A DNA stretch of 32,000 nt from Schaalia odontolytica (GCF_005696695.1 NZ_CP040006.1:60001-92000); one strand, 5' to 3'; shown: positions 23,321-31,212, counted from the stretch's first letter. The notes: generated from the letters alone by a model not told the origin. Made by a program: numbers and translations.

Positions 23321-23473
23321 TCACTTCTGGAACTTGTCCTTCAGATCGGAGACGACCTCGGTCGCCTTGTCCTTGGCAGCCTCGACGGCCTTCTCGACGT
23401 TCTCCTCGCCGAAGGTTTCCTTAGCCTTCTCGAGACCCTCTTCAGCCTGCTTCTTCAGATCTTCCAGACCCAT
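23321..23473 (-). CDS. Small Lys/Glu/Ala-rich helical protein (50 aa), paralog 1; family not assigned (LEA/CsbD-like composition)
   Basis: Not in the ORF track, presumably because it is too short. The ATG at 23473-23471 is preceded by AAGGAGGA. Translation: MGLEDLKKQAEEGLEKAKETFGEENVEKAVEAAKDKATEVVSDLKDKFQK*. The first 12 codons are nucleotide-identical to the gene at 27095-27331. Confidence 0.7.
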   Translation of the reverse strand: MGLEDLKKQAEEGLEKAKETFGEENVEKAVEAAKDKATEVVSDLKDKFQK

Positions 23474-23617
23474 GTTTCCTCCTTGGAACGAGCCGCCCAT
23501 ATGAGTCGAGCGGATGGTCTCACCCTATGCCCGAACCGGGGTGCTCGCGCGTTCAAGGCCTCCCGTGGCATGATCGTTCCCTGCGCGTCCGCGCCGTGGG
23601 ACATTGTGCCATCGCGA

Positions 23618-24067
23618 TCAGACGCCTTCGGCGAGCTTCCAGTCGTCGAAGGTGAACTCGGGGGAGACGACGCAGGTGGCCAGCGCGTAGTCGCCGCGGG
23701 CAAAGGTGCGCTGCCAGGTGCCGGCGGGCACGAGGACCTGCACGGGGTTGCTCGCATCGGAGGCCTCGGCGCCCGCCGGAGAGCCCAGCGTGACGATGCG
23801 CGGGTTGGCCTCGGGCGCGTTGCCGCTGCCTCCCAGGTGCACCTCGAGGGCGCCGGGCCCCGACCAGATCCACAGTTCGTCGGAGTGGACGAGGTGCCAG
23901 CGGGCCTCCTCGTCGCGGTTGAGGAGGAAGATGATCGCGGAGGCGCTGTGGCGGCTCCCGCGCGGCGTATCCACCTGCGCGGGCGCGGTCCACGTGCGGC
24001 GGTAGTGGCCGCCCTCGGGGTGGGGCGCGAGGCCCATGGCGTCAATCAGCGGGGACACGTCGGTCAT
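23618..24067 (-). CDS. Cupin-fold protein of the DUF985 type
   Basis: Only the last 149 codons of ORF 23618..24751 (-) are plausible. ATG 24067 (GGAG upstream) gives MTDVSPLIDAMGLAPHPEGGHYRRTW..IIFLLNRDEEARWHLVHSDELW.., which matches the HPEGG-type cupin pattern. Confidence 0.72.
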   Translation of the reverse strand: MTDVSPLIDAMGLAPHPEGGHYRRTWTAPAQVDTPRGSRHSASAIIFLLNRDEEARWHLVHSDELWIWSGPGALEVHLGGSGNAPEANPRIVTLGSPAGAEASDASNPVQVLVPAGTWQRTFARGDYALATCVVSPEFTFDDWKLAEGV

Positions 24068-24120
24068 GCGAAGCTCCAAACGAAGGGAAAGGGAGGCTGA
24101 GCGAAAGGGAAACGACAGAG

Positions 24121-25413
24121 TTAGCGCGAGGCCGAGTAGCGCACGCGCCCGGACACGACGGTTTCGACGACGCGGCCGGCGCCGTGGCGGGCGACGGTAT
24201 CGATGGTTTCCACGATCGAGGTGACGGGCACGTCGACGACGCACATGTCGGCGACCGCGCCCGACTGGAGCTGTCCCAGGCGATCGGGGCCGGTCGCCAG
24301 GCCCATCGCGGTGGCGCCGCCCAGGGTTGCGGCCTGCAGGAGGCGGCGCGCCAGGTCCTGATCCTCGTAGCCCTGAGCTCGTGCCAGGTCGAAGAGGAGG
24401 GCGACGTCCTCGAGCAGGTCGAGGGACGGGGAGGAGGACAGGGAGTCCGTGCCCACCGCGATCATGTTGCCCTCGGCGAGGTAGGCGCCGACGGGCGGCG
24501 CGTCCAGGCCGATCACACGGTTCGAGCGCGGGCACAGCGCCACGGCCGTCTGGCGGGCGCGCAGTCGTCGGCGGTCGTCGGAGCGCATGTACACGCCGTG
24601 GGCGACGTGGCAGTCGGGTCCGAGGACACCCAGCTGGTCGACGAACTGCGTGGAGGAGAAGCCGCCGCCGCGCGAGCGCATCGCCGTGAACGAGGAGGAG
24701 TGCTCGCTCTTCCACAGGTCCGCCAGGGCGGTTGTGCGCGTTTCGGACCATTCGGCCTCGGAGTGGGACTCACCCAGGTGGATGTGGATGCGCATGCCGC
24801 GACGCCTGGCCATGTCCGGCAGATCCAGCAGCGGCTCAGCGTCGAGGGAGTAGGGGGCGTGTGGGGAGATACCCACGGCCGGAGGGGTCGGCATGGCGTC
24901 CAGGGATGCGGAGACCTCGCGTTCTCCTCGGGCTCGCCACTCGTCGTTCGACCAGCTCATGACCTCCCAGTAGGCGACGCCGTGCAGGCCCGCGTCGTGC
25001 AGGGCCGAGGCCGCGGCTGCGTCCGTCACCACGTCGGCGGCGGCGGTCGTGCCGCTTTCCAGGAGCAGCCGGGCGCCGGCGGCCGCGTCGCCTCCCCAGT
25101 CCAGGCCGCCCGCGTCGTAGACCTCGTCGAAGGCGCGCGCCCAGTCGTCAAAACCTCGGTACTGCCCGGCACCCACGGACGCCATGCCCGTGTACTGCAG
25201 GTGCGTGTGCGCATTGACGAGGCCGGGGAGCAGCACGCCGTCAAAGTGGCGTTCGGTGAAGGAAAGGCCGCGCTGCGTGAGCGTTTCGACGACCCAGTCG
25301 CGCGCTCCCACGTGCTCGATGCGCCCGTCGCGCACGGCAACAGCGCCGTCGAGGATCGAGGGGGCGGTGATCGGGATGACCATGCCGGCGGACCAGACGA
25401 CCACGTCGCTCAT
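24121..25413 (-). CDS. Amidohydrolase-superfamily deaminase/chlorohydrolase-like protein
   Basis: ORF track 24121..25413 (-). The metal-binding HxH motif is in ..LPGLVNAHTHLQYTG... Later His and Asp residues occur in ..RIHIHLGES.., ..VAHGVYM.. and ..VGTDSLSS... The substrate cannot be deduced. Confidence 0.82.
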   Translation of the reverse strand: MSDVVVWSAGMVIPITAPSILDGAVAVRDGRIEHVGARDWVVETLTQRGLSFTERHFDGVLLPGLVNAHTHLQYTGMASVGAGQYRGFDDWARAFDEVYDAGGLDWGGDAAAGARLLLESGTTAAADVVTDAAAASALHDAGLHGVAYWEVMSWSNDEWRARGEREVSASLDAMPTPPAVGISPHAPYSLDAEPLLDLPDMARRRGMRIHIHLGESHSEAEWSETRTTALADLWKSEHSSSFTAMRSRGGGFSSTQFVDQLGVLGPDCHVAHGVYMRSDDRRRLRARQTAVALCPRSNRVIGLDAPPVGAYLAEGNMIAVGTDSLSSSPSLDLLEDVALLFDLARAQGYEDQDLARRLLQAATLGGATAMGLATGPDRLGQLQSGAVADMCVVDVPVTSIVETIDTVARHGAGRVVETVVSGRVRYSASR

Positions 25414-25454
25414 GGGGGACCTTTCAGTGGGGGACGCTGAGTAACAGTGTAGAA

Positions 25455-25477
25455 GTGGGGCGGGCGCACCCGCCCAC
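25455..25477 (-). terminator. Short GC hairpin between the SAH-hydrolase-like and amidohydrolase genes
   Basis: GTGGG-G-CGGG, loop CGCA, CCCG-CCCAC (25455-25477), with a one-base bulge. It lies 20 nt past the stop at 25497 on the minus strand. The T tract is weak. Confidence 0.4.
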
Positions 25478-25496
25478 CGGTGGACGTGACCTGCGA

Positions 25497-26963
25497 CTAC
25501 GACAGGGACAGGGCGCCCAGCGCAGCTGCGGCCACCGCGTCGTCCGCCTCGCGCGGCAGGTCGTGCAGGCCGGGGGATAGCTCGCCTTCGCGGGTGAGGA
25601 GTTCGCGCAGGGATGCCAGCTGCACGCCGAAGCTCATGTCCATGATCTCGATGGGGTTTCCCTCGCCCGCCGTGTAGTTGATGCCCTCCCCGCGCTCGAG
25701 GATGCGCAGCGTCTTGCCGGAGGGGCTGGTCAGGGTCTGCACGTGGGGATCGCCCGACTCGGCCATGACCCAGGAGGCGGCCACGGCCTCGTCGATGGAT
25801 ACCTCCCCGTCGACGCCGCCGGCGACCGTGACGATCGCGCCGCCCGGCGCCGCTTCCAGCGCGCTCAGCGGGATCGTCGCCCGCTCGCCCGTCGCGGAGA
25901 TCAACATGCCGGCGCTCGCGGCTGCCTGCTCCAGCGAGGCCACGGCGAACCCGTCCATCGACGCCTGCAGGGCGCGCACGGGGTCCAGCTCCACGACGGT
26001 CACGCGCGCCCCGAGCGCCGCGCCGAAACGCGCGCAGCCGCGACCCACGTCGCCGTAGCCGATGACGACGACGCTCATCCCCGCCACGGGCGCACCGACG
26101 CCGCGCGGGTCAATCAGGTCGAGGATCGTCGTCCAACACGACTGACCCGTCCCGTAGGCGTTGTCGAACAGGGTCTTCGACCGCGCATCGTTCGAGGCCA
26201 GGACCGGAATGCGTAGATCGAAAGAACGAAGGGGGCGCAGCCCCGAGGTGGTCTCCTCCGCCGCGCCGACCAGCGCGTCCAGGACGCCGGGGCAGCGCTG
26301 GGTATCGTGCGCCAGGCGGATCAGGTGGGAGCCGTCATCCAGCAGGAATTCGCTGCGCTGGGCCAAAAACTCGCGTGCGAGCTCCCACTCGCGCTCGCGG
26401 GAGGCGCGCGAGTCCGCGAACACGGGGATGCCGGCCTCGCGCAGGCGGGCAGCGACGTCCTCGCGTGTCTCGGATGCCCAGCCGAAGACGCTGATGCGCG
26501 CCCCGGCCTCGGAGAGCATGAGGGCCAGGGCGGCCGTTTTCGGCTCCAGGACGAGGGAGAGTCCCACGCTTCGGCCCGCCACCAGGGGAGCCAGGGCGCG
26601 TGCCGCCGCCTCGGTAACCGGCATGTGGGTGCGCGCCCACTCGATGCGCCCCTCGTCGCCGGGGCCCGTGATCGTGCGCCCGTCGGGGGCGATGACGGCA
26701 TGGAACGTGCCTCCGGGCGCCAGGCCCGTGATCGCCCCGGGCGTGGGGGCCGCATCTTCCTCGAGCGCGAAGACGACCGGGGGTGAGGCCGGGGTCCCCT
26801 CGGCCTCGGCAATTGGGCGCACGTGGGCGCCAAACGAGCGAAGCAGGGTGGCCAACGCCGGGTCGTCCGTCGCGAAGGAACGCCCCGCGATGAGCATGTT
26901 CGTGGCCCGCGCGTAGGCGCGTAGCAGCAGCTGGGCGGCGAGGGGATCCAGGGCTGGGGTCAT
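25497..26963 (-). CDS. S-adenosylhomocysteine-hydrolase-like NAD-binding protein with a ~100-aa N-terminal extension
   Basis: ORF track 25497..26963 (-). The core is collinear with SAHH as I recall it: ..RIEWARTHMPV.., ..AEETTSGLRPL.., ..VLASNDARSKTLFDNAYGTGQS.., Rossmann VVVIGYGDVGRGCARFGAALGARVTVVELDPVRALQASMDGF. Confidence 0.78.
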   Translation of the reverse strand: MTPALDPLAAQLLLRAYARATNMLIAGRSFATDDPALATLLRSFGAHVRPIAEAEGTPASPPVVFALEEDAAPTPGAITGLAPGGTFHAVIAPDGRTITGPGDEGRIEWARTHMPVTEAAARALAPLVAGRSVGLSLVLEPKTAALALMLSEAGARISVFGWASETREDVAARLREAGIPVFADSRASREREWELAREFLAQRSEFLLDDGSHLIRLAHDTQRCPGVLDALVGAAEETTSGLRPLRSFDLRIPVLASNDARSKTLFDNAYGTGQSCWTTILDLIDPRGVGAPVAGMSVVVIGYGDVGRGCARFGAALGARVTVVELDPVRALQASMDGFAVASLEQAAASAGMLISATGERATIPLSALEAAPGGAIVTVAGGVDGEVSIDEAVAASWVMAESGDPHVQTLTSPSGKTLRILERGEGINYTAGEGNPIEIMDMSFGVQLASLRELLTREGELSPGLHDLPREADDAVAAAALGALSLS

Positions 26964-27094
26964 GTGTCAAAAGTAGCAACTGGGTGCCTGCGCGTCCCCG
27001 CGAGGGTGCGTGCGGCCCGTTGAGGGGCCCTCGAGTACCTGCCCGCGGGTATGCAAAAGGGACCGGGCCCTGCGGCCCAGCCCCTTCTGTTGGT

Positions 27095-27331
27095 TCACTT
27101 GCCGAGCTTGTCCTTGGCCTCGTCGGCAACCTCGGTCGCCTTGTCCTGGGCGGCTTCCTTGGCTTCCTCAGCCTTGTCCTGGGCGGCGTGGGCGGCTTCC
27201 TTGGCCTTGTCCTTGGCCTCGCCAGCCAGCTCGGTGAGCTTGTCCTTGGCTTCCTCAGCCTTCTCCTTGGCCGCGTCGACGACCTTCTCGATGCTCTCTT
27301 CAGCCTGCTTCTTCAGATCTTCCAGACCCAT
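27095..27331 (-). CDS. Small Lys/Glu/Ala-rich helical protein (78 aa), paralog 2
   Basis: ORF track 27095..27379 (-). Start trimmed to ATG 27331, which is preceded by AAGGAGAA. Translation: MGLEDLKKQAEESIEKVVDAAKEKAEEAKDKLTELAGEAKDKAKEAAHAAQDKAEEAKEAAQDKATEVADEAKDKLGK*. The KDKA/EEAK units are internally repetitive. Confidence 0.72.
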   Translation of the reverse strand: MGLEDLKKQAEESIEKVVDAAKEKAEEAKDKLTELAGEAKDKAKEAAHAAQDKAEEAKEAAQDKATEVADEAKDKLGK

Positions 27332-27572
27332 GGTGTTCTCCTTGGCGTAGTGCCGTTCCGACAACCGGAACGGATACAACCGATCCTACCGGCCGTTTGT
27401 CTAGGTGGCCTGGGGTGTGGGAACACAGTCCCGCATGCTGGTGTAAGGGTTAGACGAAGGCCGTTAGAATCGGTGATTTCCGCCATCTCGGTCAATGATT
27501 GGGGGGCTTTCAGGGGCCAACCAGGGCACTCCCTCATGGAGGTGAGATGCGCCTCGGGAATAACGTGGAGAC

Positions 27573-28298
27573 ATGACAGAGAACAACGCGGGTCTGGTGA
27601 CCCGAGCACTGACGAAGACATACATGCGCGGGCACACGCCCGTCCACGCCCTGGCGGGCGTCGACCTGACCCTCCCGCAGGGTACGCAGGTGGCGATCAT
27701 GGGCCCCTCGGGCTCCGGTAAGACGACGCTCCTGCACTGCCTGGCGGGTGTCCTGCGCCCCAGCTCCGGATCGATCACGCTCGATGGTGAAGAGATGACG
27801 ACTATGTCGGAGCGGGTGCTCTCCGACCTGCGCCTGCGCCGCTTCGGCTTCGTGTTCCAGGATGGCCAGCTCCTGCCCGAGCTACCCACGGAAGAGAACA
27901 TTGCGATGCCCCTCATGCTGGCGGGCACGCCCAAATCGCAGGCTATTTCCCGCGCCCGCGAAATCCTCGCGAACCTCGGGCTCGACGGCGCTGGCCCCTA
28001 CCGCCCCGGCCAGCTGTCGGGAGGACAGGCACAGCGCGTCGCGATCGGCCGTGCGCTCGCCACCGATCCCTCGGTGATCTTCGCGGATGAGCCCACGGGG
28101 GCCCTCGACCAGGCCACCGGCGGTGAGGTCATGTCCCTGCTGACGAGCGCCTGCGCCTCCACGGGGGCATCCCTTGTCCTCGTCACCCACGACCCCGCCG
28201 TCGCCGCGCGCCTGCCGCACACTATCCACGTGCGCGATGGCCGCATCTCCCTCGAGGCACGAGGCAGTGGAACCCCCAACCAGGGGGTGGCCCGATGA
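27573..28298 (+). CDS. ABC transporter ATP-binding protein (MacB/LolD/FtsE-like subfamily)
   Basis: ORF track 27573..28298. Motifs: GPSGSGKTTLL, ..FVFQDGQLLPELPTEENI.., LSGGQAQRVAIGRALA, IFADEPTGALD, LVLVTHD. Confidence 0.9.
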   Translation: MTENNAGLVTRALTKTYMRGHTPVHALAGVDLTLPQGTQVAIMGPSGSGKTTLLHCLAGVLRPSSGSITLDGEEMTTMSERVLSDLRLRRFGFVFQDGQLLPELPTEENIAMPLMLAGTPKSQAISRAREILANLGLDGAGPYRPGQLSGGQAQRVAIGRALATDPSVIFADEPTGALDQATGGEVMSLLTSACASTGASLVLVTHDPAVAARLPHTIHVRDGRISLEARGSGTPNQGVAR

Positions 28299-29662
28299 GC
28301 GCGGTACGCACCGCCGCCGGGGCGCTCCTGCGGTCGCGTGACCGGGCAACGTCCGTCCTCACGGTCGCGGCCTTTGCCCTGCCGCACGCGTTCCTGCTCG
28401 CGGTCACGGGCGGCGTCATGGCCTTCGGGGCGAGGGCTGCCGTCGCCGCTGCGTCCGCCACGGCCGACGACCCCTCAAGCCTCGACGGGATGGCCTCGTT
28501 CTACGTGATGCTTGCGTACTTCGCGGCCACCCTGCTCATCGTCCCCATCATTTCGATGGGGGCAGCGGCTGCGCGCCTGGGCATGAGTCGGCGCGAGCGC
28601 GACCTCGCGGTCCTGCGCCTCGTCGGCCTCGCGCCGGGCAAGACGAAGCTCGCCTGCATCCTCGAAACCTGTGTGTTTGCGGTTGTCGGCGTCGTCGTCG
28701 GCTCGATCCTGTACGCCGTGACGCTGCCCGCGTGGGGTGCGCTGTCCTTCCAGGGCCGCCCGATGGGGGCCGGCGAGATGTGGGTGGGGGTTGTGGCCCT
28801 CCTCGTCGAGGGACTTGCCATGATCGTCCTGGCCGCCCTGTCCTCGTGGCTGGCCATGCGCAAGGTTGCGATCACCCCCCTGGGCGTCGCGCGTCGCACG
28901 CAGGCGGGCCGCGTGAGCGCGGTCGGCCCCGTCCTCGGCCTGGTTCTCCTCGTGGTGTGGCTGAGCGTCGGCACCCTCGCGATGAACCTGGGAACTGCTA
29001 TCGGCATGGCCGTATTCCTGGGCTTCATGGGCGCGATCTTCCTGATCGTCAACCTGGTGGGCATCTGGTCGATCAGTCTCATGGGGCGCATCATGGCTCG
29101 GGCCTCGCGCAGTCCCCAGATGATGGTGGCCGGGCGTCGCATGGCCGACGACCCGCGCGCTGTGTGGCGCTCCTTCGGGGCGGTGGCCCTCGTTGGGTTC
29201 CTCGTGGGCATCATGTATCCGGCGAGTGATTCGATCTCGATGAGCGGGGACAGGACCGATGAGGTCGCGCTTATCGTCATCGGCGACATCAACAGAGGCA
29301 TGTTGCTGACCTTCGCGATCACCCTCGCGCTGGGCGCCGTGTCGACCGCGGTCAACCAGGCGATCCGCGTCCTCGACTCCGCCGACCAGGTACGAGCCCT
29401 GTCCTACATGGGGTCCCCGCGCGGCTTTATGGACCGCAGCCGTCGCCTCGAGGTCGCGATTCCCGCGTTCGTCATGATCGTTGGCTCGATGCTGCTCGGC
29501 ATGGTGTTCATGTCGCCGATGCTTGCGGCGGGTGCCGGAAAGGGTGTCCTCATTGCGCTCGCCTCATCGATTGCGGGCGTCATGCTCATCGTCGTTGCCT
29601 CCGAGGCGACCGTCCCGCTGCGCCGCCGCATCCTGTCGGGCGTGCGCGAGGGGCGCGAGTAG
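28295..29662 (+). CDS. FtsX-like ABC transporter permease
   Basis: ORF track 28295..29662. The ATG overlaps the ATPase stop (ATGA). Polytopic protein with an FtsX-type helix cluster (..RRERDLAVLRLVGLAPGKTKLACILETCVFAVVG..) and a second hydrophobic half. There is no large extracytoplasmic domain. Confidence 0.78.
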   Translation: MSAVRTAAGALLRSRDRATSVLTVAAFALPHAFLLAVTGGVMAFGARAAVAAASATADDPSSLDGMASFYVMLAYFAATLLIVPIISMGAAAARLGMSRRERDLAVLRLVGLAPGKTKLACILETCVFAVVGVVVGSILYAVTLPAWGALSFQGRPMGAGEMWVGVVALLVEGLAMIVLAALSSWLAMRKVAITPLGVARRTQAGRVSAVGPVLGLVLLVVWLSVGTLAMNLGTAIGMAVFLGFMGAIFLIVNLVGIWSISLMGRIMARASRSPQMMVAGRRMADDPRAVWRSFGAVALVGFLVGIMYPASDSISMSGDRTDEVALIVIGDINRGMLLTFAITLALGAVSTAVNQAIRVLDSADQVRALSYMGSPRGFMDRSRRLEVAIPAFVMIVGSMLLGMVFMSPMLAAGAGKGVLIALASSIAGVMLIVVASEATVPLRRRILSGVREGRE

Positions 29663-29688
29663 TCCTCTCCAGCGTTTACGCATGTCGT

Positions 29689-29726
29689 GGCCCCGGCCTC
29701 GTCCCCCTATCGACGAGGCCGGGGCC
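29689..29726. repeat. GC-rich palindromic (REP-like) hairpin after the ABC exporter operon
   Basis: GGCCCCGGCCTCGTC (29689-29703), loop CCCCTATC, GACGAGGCCGGGGCC (29712-29726): a perfect 15-bp stem with no T tract. It is the inverted counterpart of 1331-1365. Confidence 0.62.
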
Positions 29727-29732
29727 GAGTCG

Positions 29733-29747
29733 CGCTCAAATTGAGCG
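29733..29747. promoter_or_regulatory. Perfect 7-1-7 palindrome upstream of the tail-anchored protein gene (possible operator)
   Basis: CGCTCAA-A-TTGAGCG lies at the start of an AT-rich stretch. A possible promoter follows: GTGACG 29770-29775, a 16-nt spacer, then TAGGAT 29792-29797. Function is untested. Confidence 0.3.
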
Positions 29748-29833
29748 ATATTGAAGAAATCAAACGTATGTGACGCGCGCCTCATGAGTGCTAGGATTGC
29801 GCCATTCACACCGCAATAGTCGATGGAGACATC

Positions 29834-30121
29834 GTGTACCGCTCGCCTTCCCAGTACTCGCACGCGGAGGGGGTCGGTGGGGCCGCGCGAGGAGCGCAGG
29901 TCACCAGGCCAGCCGCGCGTCGCCGGCGTCCCGCGCCGCCCTCGTATCCGCCCGCCGTGCGCCCGAGCGTGCGCGCGCGAGCCGACCTCGACGAGGAGAT
30001 CTTCTCCTTATCCGACTCGACCCAATGCCCGCTGTCAGTGGGTGCGCGGCGCTTTTCGCGCCTCGGGGCCTTCGTGGCTGCCGTGCTGCTCGCTGCGGCT
30101 GTTGCCTTCTGGTGGTTCTAG
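29834..30121 (+). CDS. Small tail-anchored membrane protein (95 aa): Arg/Pro/Ala-rich N-terminus and a C-terminal TM
   Basis: ORF track 29834..30121 (GTG start, GGAG 5 nt upstream). It ends ..RFSRLGAFVAAVLLAAAVAFWWF*. The frame is supported by the relic at 30695-30757, where differences are mostly third-position and the stop is conserved. Two other frames are also open, so the N-terminal part is less certain. Confidence 0.55.
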   Translation: MYRSPSQYSHAEGVGGAARGAQVTRPAARRRRPAPPSYPPAVRPSVRARADLDEEIFSLSDSTQCPLSVGARRFSRLGAFVAAVLLAAAVAFWWF

Positions 30122-30155
30122 TTAGATTCATTCACATCGCGAACGAGGAGGTTTG

Positions 30156-30662
30156 ATGATGAGTGGAAAAGATGAGGCAGCGATACCTGTGGGGGTTGCT
30201 CCTAGCAGTCCAGCGAGGGCTCGGGTGTCTGAGGGCATCTCTCCTGCATCGCCGCAGTGGCAACAGGGAACGGCTGCGCGGATCCTGCCCGCGAAGCCCA
30301 TCGTGAAGAAGCCGCGGGTTCCCAAAATTTGGATCATCTTTGCCGTCGTCGGCCTGCTGCTGCTTCTCGCGCCGAGCATCGTCACATTCCTGATTAATTT
30401 AGGGCCTGGGGATCACTCGGATAATGGCGATGGTCAGTACTGGCTTCCGGGTCTTCTCCTCGTCCCATGCATGATTTTTGGTTTACTCACCGTATTTCTT
30501 GCTTTCTGCGTGGGAATTGGCGAGTGGGTCGCATGGGTGTGGACTGCACGTCAACAAAACGCGCTGTCGGCGCGCATGTTCATCATTCCCCCGGTGGTCA
30601 TAGTCGCCTTTTACTTCGTTACCAGATTCTGTGGGGCTACTCTGTTCAATCTTGGCATCTAG
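30156..30662 (+). CDS. Small membrane protein, array member X1 (168 aa, about 3 TM)
   Basis: The ORF track starts at 30153. ATG 30156 or 30159 follows GAGGAGG (30145-30151). Layout: disordered N-terminus, basic patch KKPRVPK, TM (IWIIFAVVGLLLLLAPSIVTFLI), Gly/Asp/Asn loop ..GDHSDNGDGQYW, then two further hydrophobic helices. Confidence 0.65.
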   Translation: MMSGKDEAAIPVGVAPSSPARARVSEGISPASPQWQQGTAARILPAKPIVKKPRVPKIWIIFAVVGLLLLLAPSIVTFLINLGPGDHSDNGDGQYWLPGLLLVPCMIFGLLTVFLAFCVGIGEWVAWVWTARQQNALSARMFIIPPVVIVAFYFVTRFCGATLFNLGI

Positions 30663-30694
30663 CGAAACTACCCGATGCAGCGAGCGAGCGTAGG

Positions 30695-30793
30695 CTCGTC
30701 GGGGCCTTCGTGGCTGCCGTGCTGCTCGCCGCGGCCGTTGCGCTATGGTGGTGGTAGTCATTACCCCAGCGACGGGCAGTGAAAGGACCAGGC
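30695..30793 (+). repeat. Junction block B: relic of the tail-anchored gene 3' end plus a conserved leader
   Basis: 30695-30757 matches 30062-30121 (..GGGGCCTTCGTGGCTGCCGTGCTGCTCGC..TGGTGG..TAG) and would encode ..LVGAFVAAVLLAAAVALWWW*. 30728-30808 also matches 31739-31819 at roughly 90 percent by hand count. Confidence 0.8.
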
Positions 30794-31174
30794 ATGAACG
30801 AGAGTAACGACGTGACGATGCGCGGCGAGAATGTCCCCGAGGCCATGGTTGCATCCGCTGTCGTGGCGCAGCCCGTCGCGCCTGGCGGATCGACCGCGGC
30901 AATCACTGGCGCACCTGTTACTCCCCCGCGGCGTCGGGGCTCAAAGCTGGCGCGCTTCTTCGTCATCTTGGGGATCGTGCTGCTCTCAAGCGTGTTCGTT
31001 TTGCCCCTGCTAGCTGAAGCGATGGATAGCGGCAGTAATCCCTCCGGTGTCGCGAGCGGCTGGACCTTCTTCTTCGCCGTGTTTTATGTTGCCCCCTTCG
31101 GTCTTATTTCGTTCCTGCTCGCGATCTTCGCCAAGCTCGCGCAGAAGCTTGATGAGAAGGAACAGGGCCTCTGA
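30794..31174 (+). CDS. Small two-TM membrane protein, array member X2 (126 aa)
   Basis: ORF track 30779..31174. ATG 30794 follows GAAAGGA. Layout: disordered N-terminus, RRRGSK patch, TM1 FFVILGIVLLSSVFVLPLLA, loop EAMDSGSNPSGVASGW, TM2 TFFFAVFYVAPFGLISFLLAIFA, charged tail. Confidence 0.7.
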   Translation: MNESNDVTMRGENVPEAMVASAVVAQPVAPGGSTAAITGAPVTPPRRRGSKLARFFVILGIVLLSSVFVLPLLAEAMDSGSNPSGVASGWTFFFAVFYVAPFGLISFLLAIFAKLAQKLDEKEQGL

Positions 31175-31189
31175 GGGTTTCAACCGCGC

Positions 31190-31212
31190 GCCGCGGCCGT
31201 TGCGCTATGGTG
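31190..31212 (+). repeat. Junction block C: short relic of the same 3' end
   Basis: GCCGCGGCCGTTGCGCTATGGTG is identical to the corresponding part of blocks B and D. It starts 15 nt after the X2 stop. Confidence 0.7.

Noticed and set aside
24068-24751. The upstream two-thirds of ORF 23618..24751 (-), which would make a 377-aa protein.
   Set aside because: Only the last 149 codons (from ATG 24067, with GGAG upstream) look like a real cupin protein. The remainder overlaps the amidohydrolase gene in another frame and is Arg/Pro-rich noise.
29823-30125. An alternative ATG-initiated frame (100 aa) overlapping the tail-anchored protein ORF.
   Set aside because: Comparison with the relic at 30695-30757 shows mostly third-position changes and a conserved stop only in the 29834 frame. 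The alternative frame gives a Cys/Arg/Pro-rich product without features. The N-terminal half remains ambiguous.
30467-30966. ORFs 30467..30757 (+), 30483..30902 (-), 30646..30966 (-) and 31591..31818 (-). Some share peptides such as ..FTARRWG..HHHSATAAA...
   Set aside because: The shared peptides are reverse or out-of-frame translations of the repeated junction blocks. These ORFs overlap the better-supported small membrane-protein genes and have no RBS.
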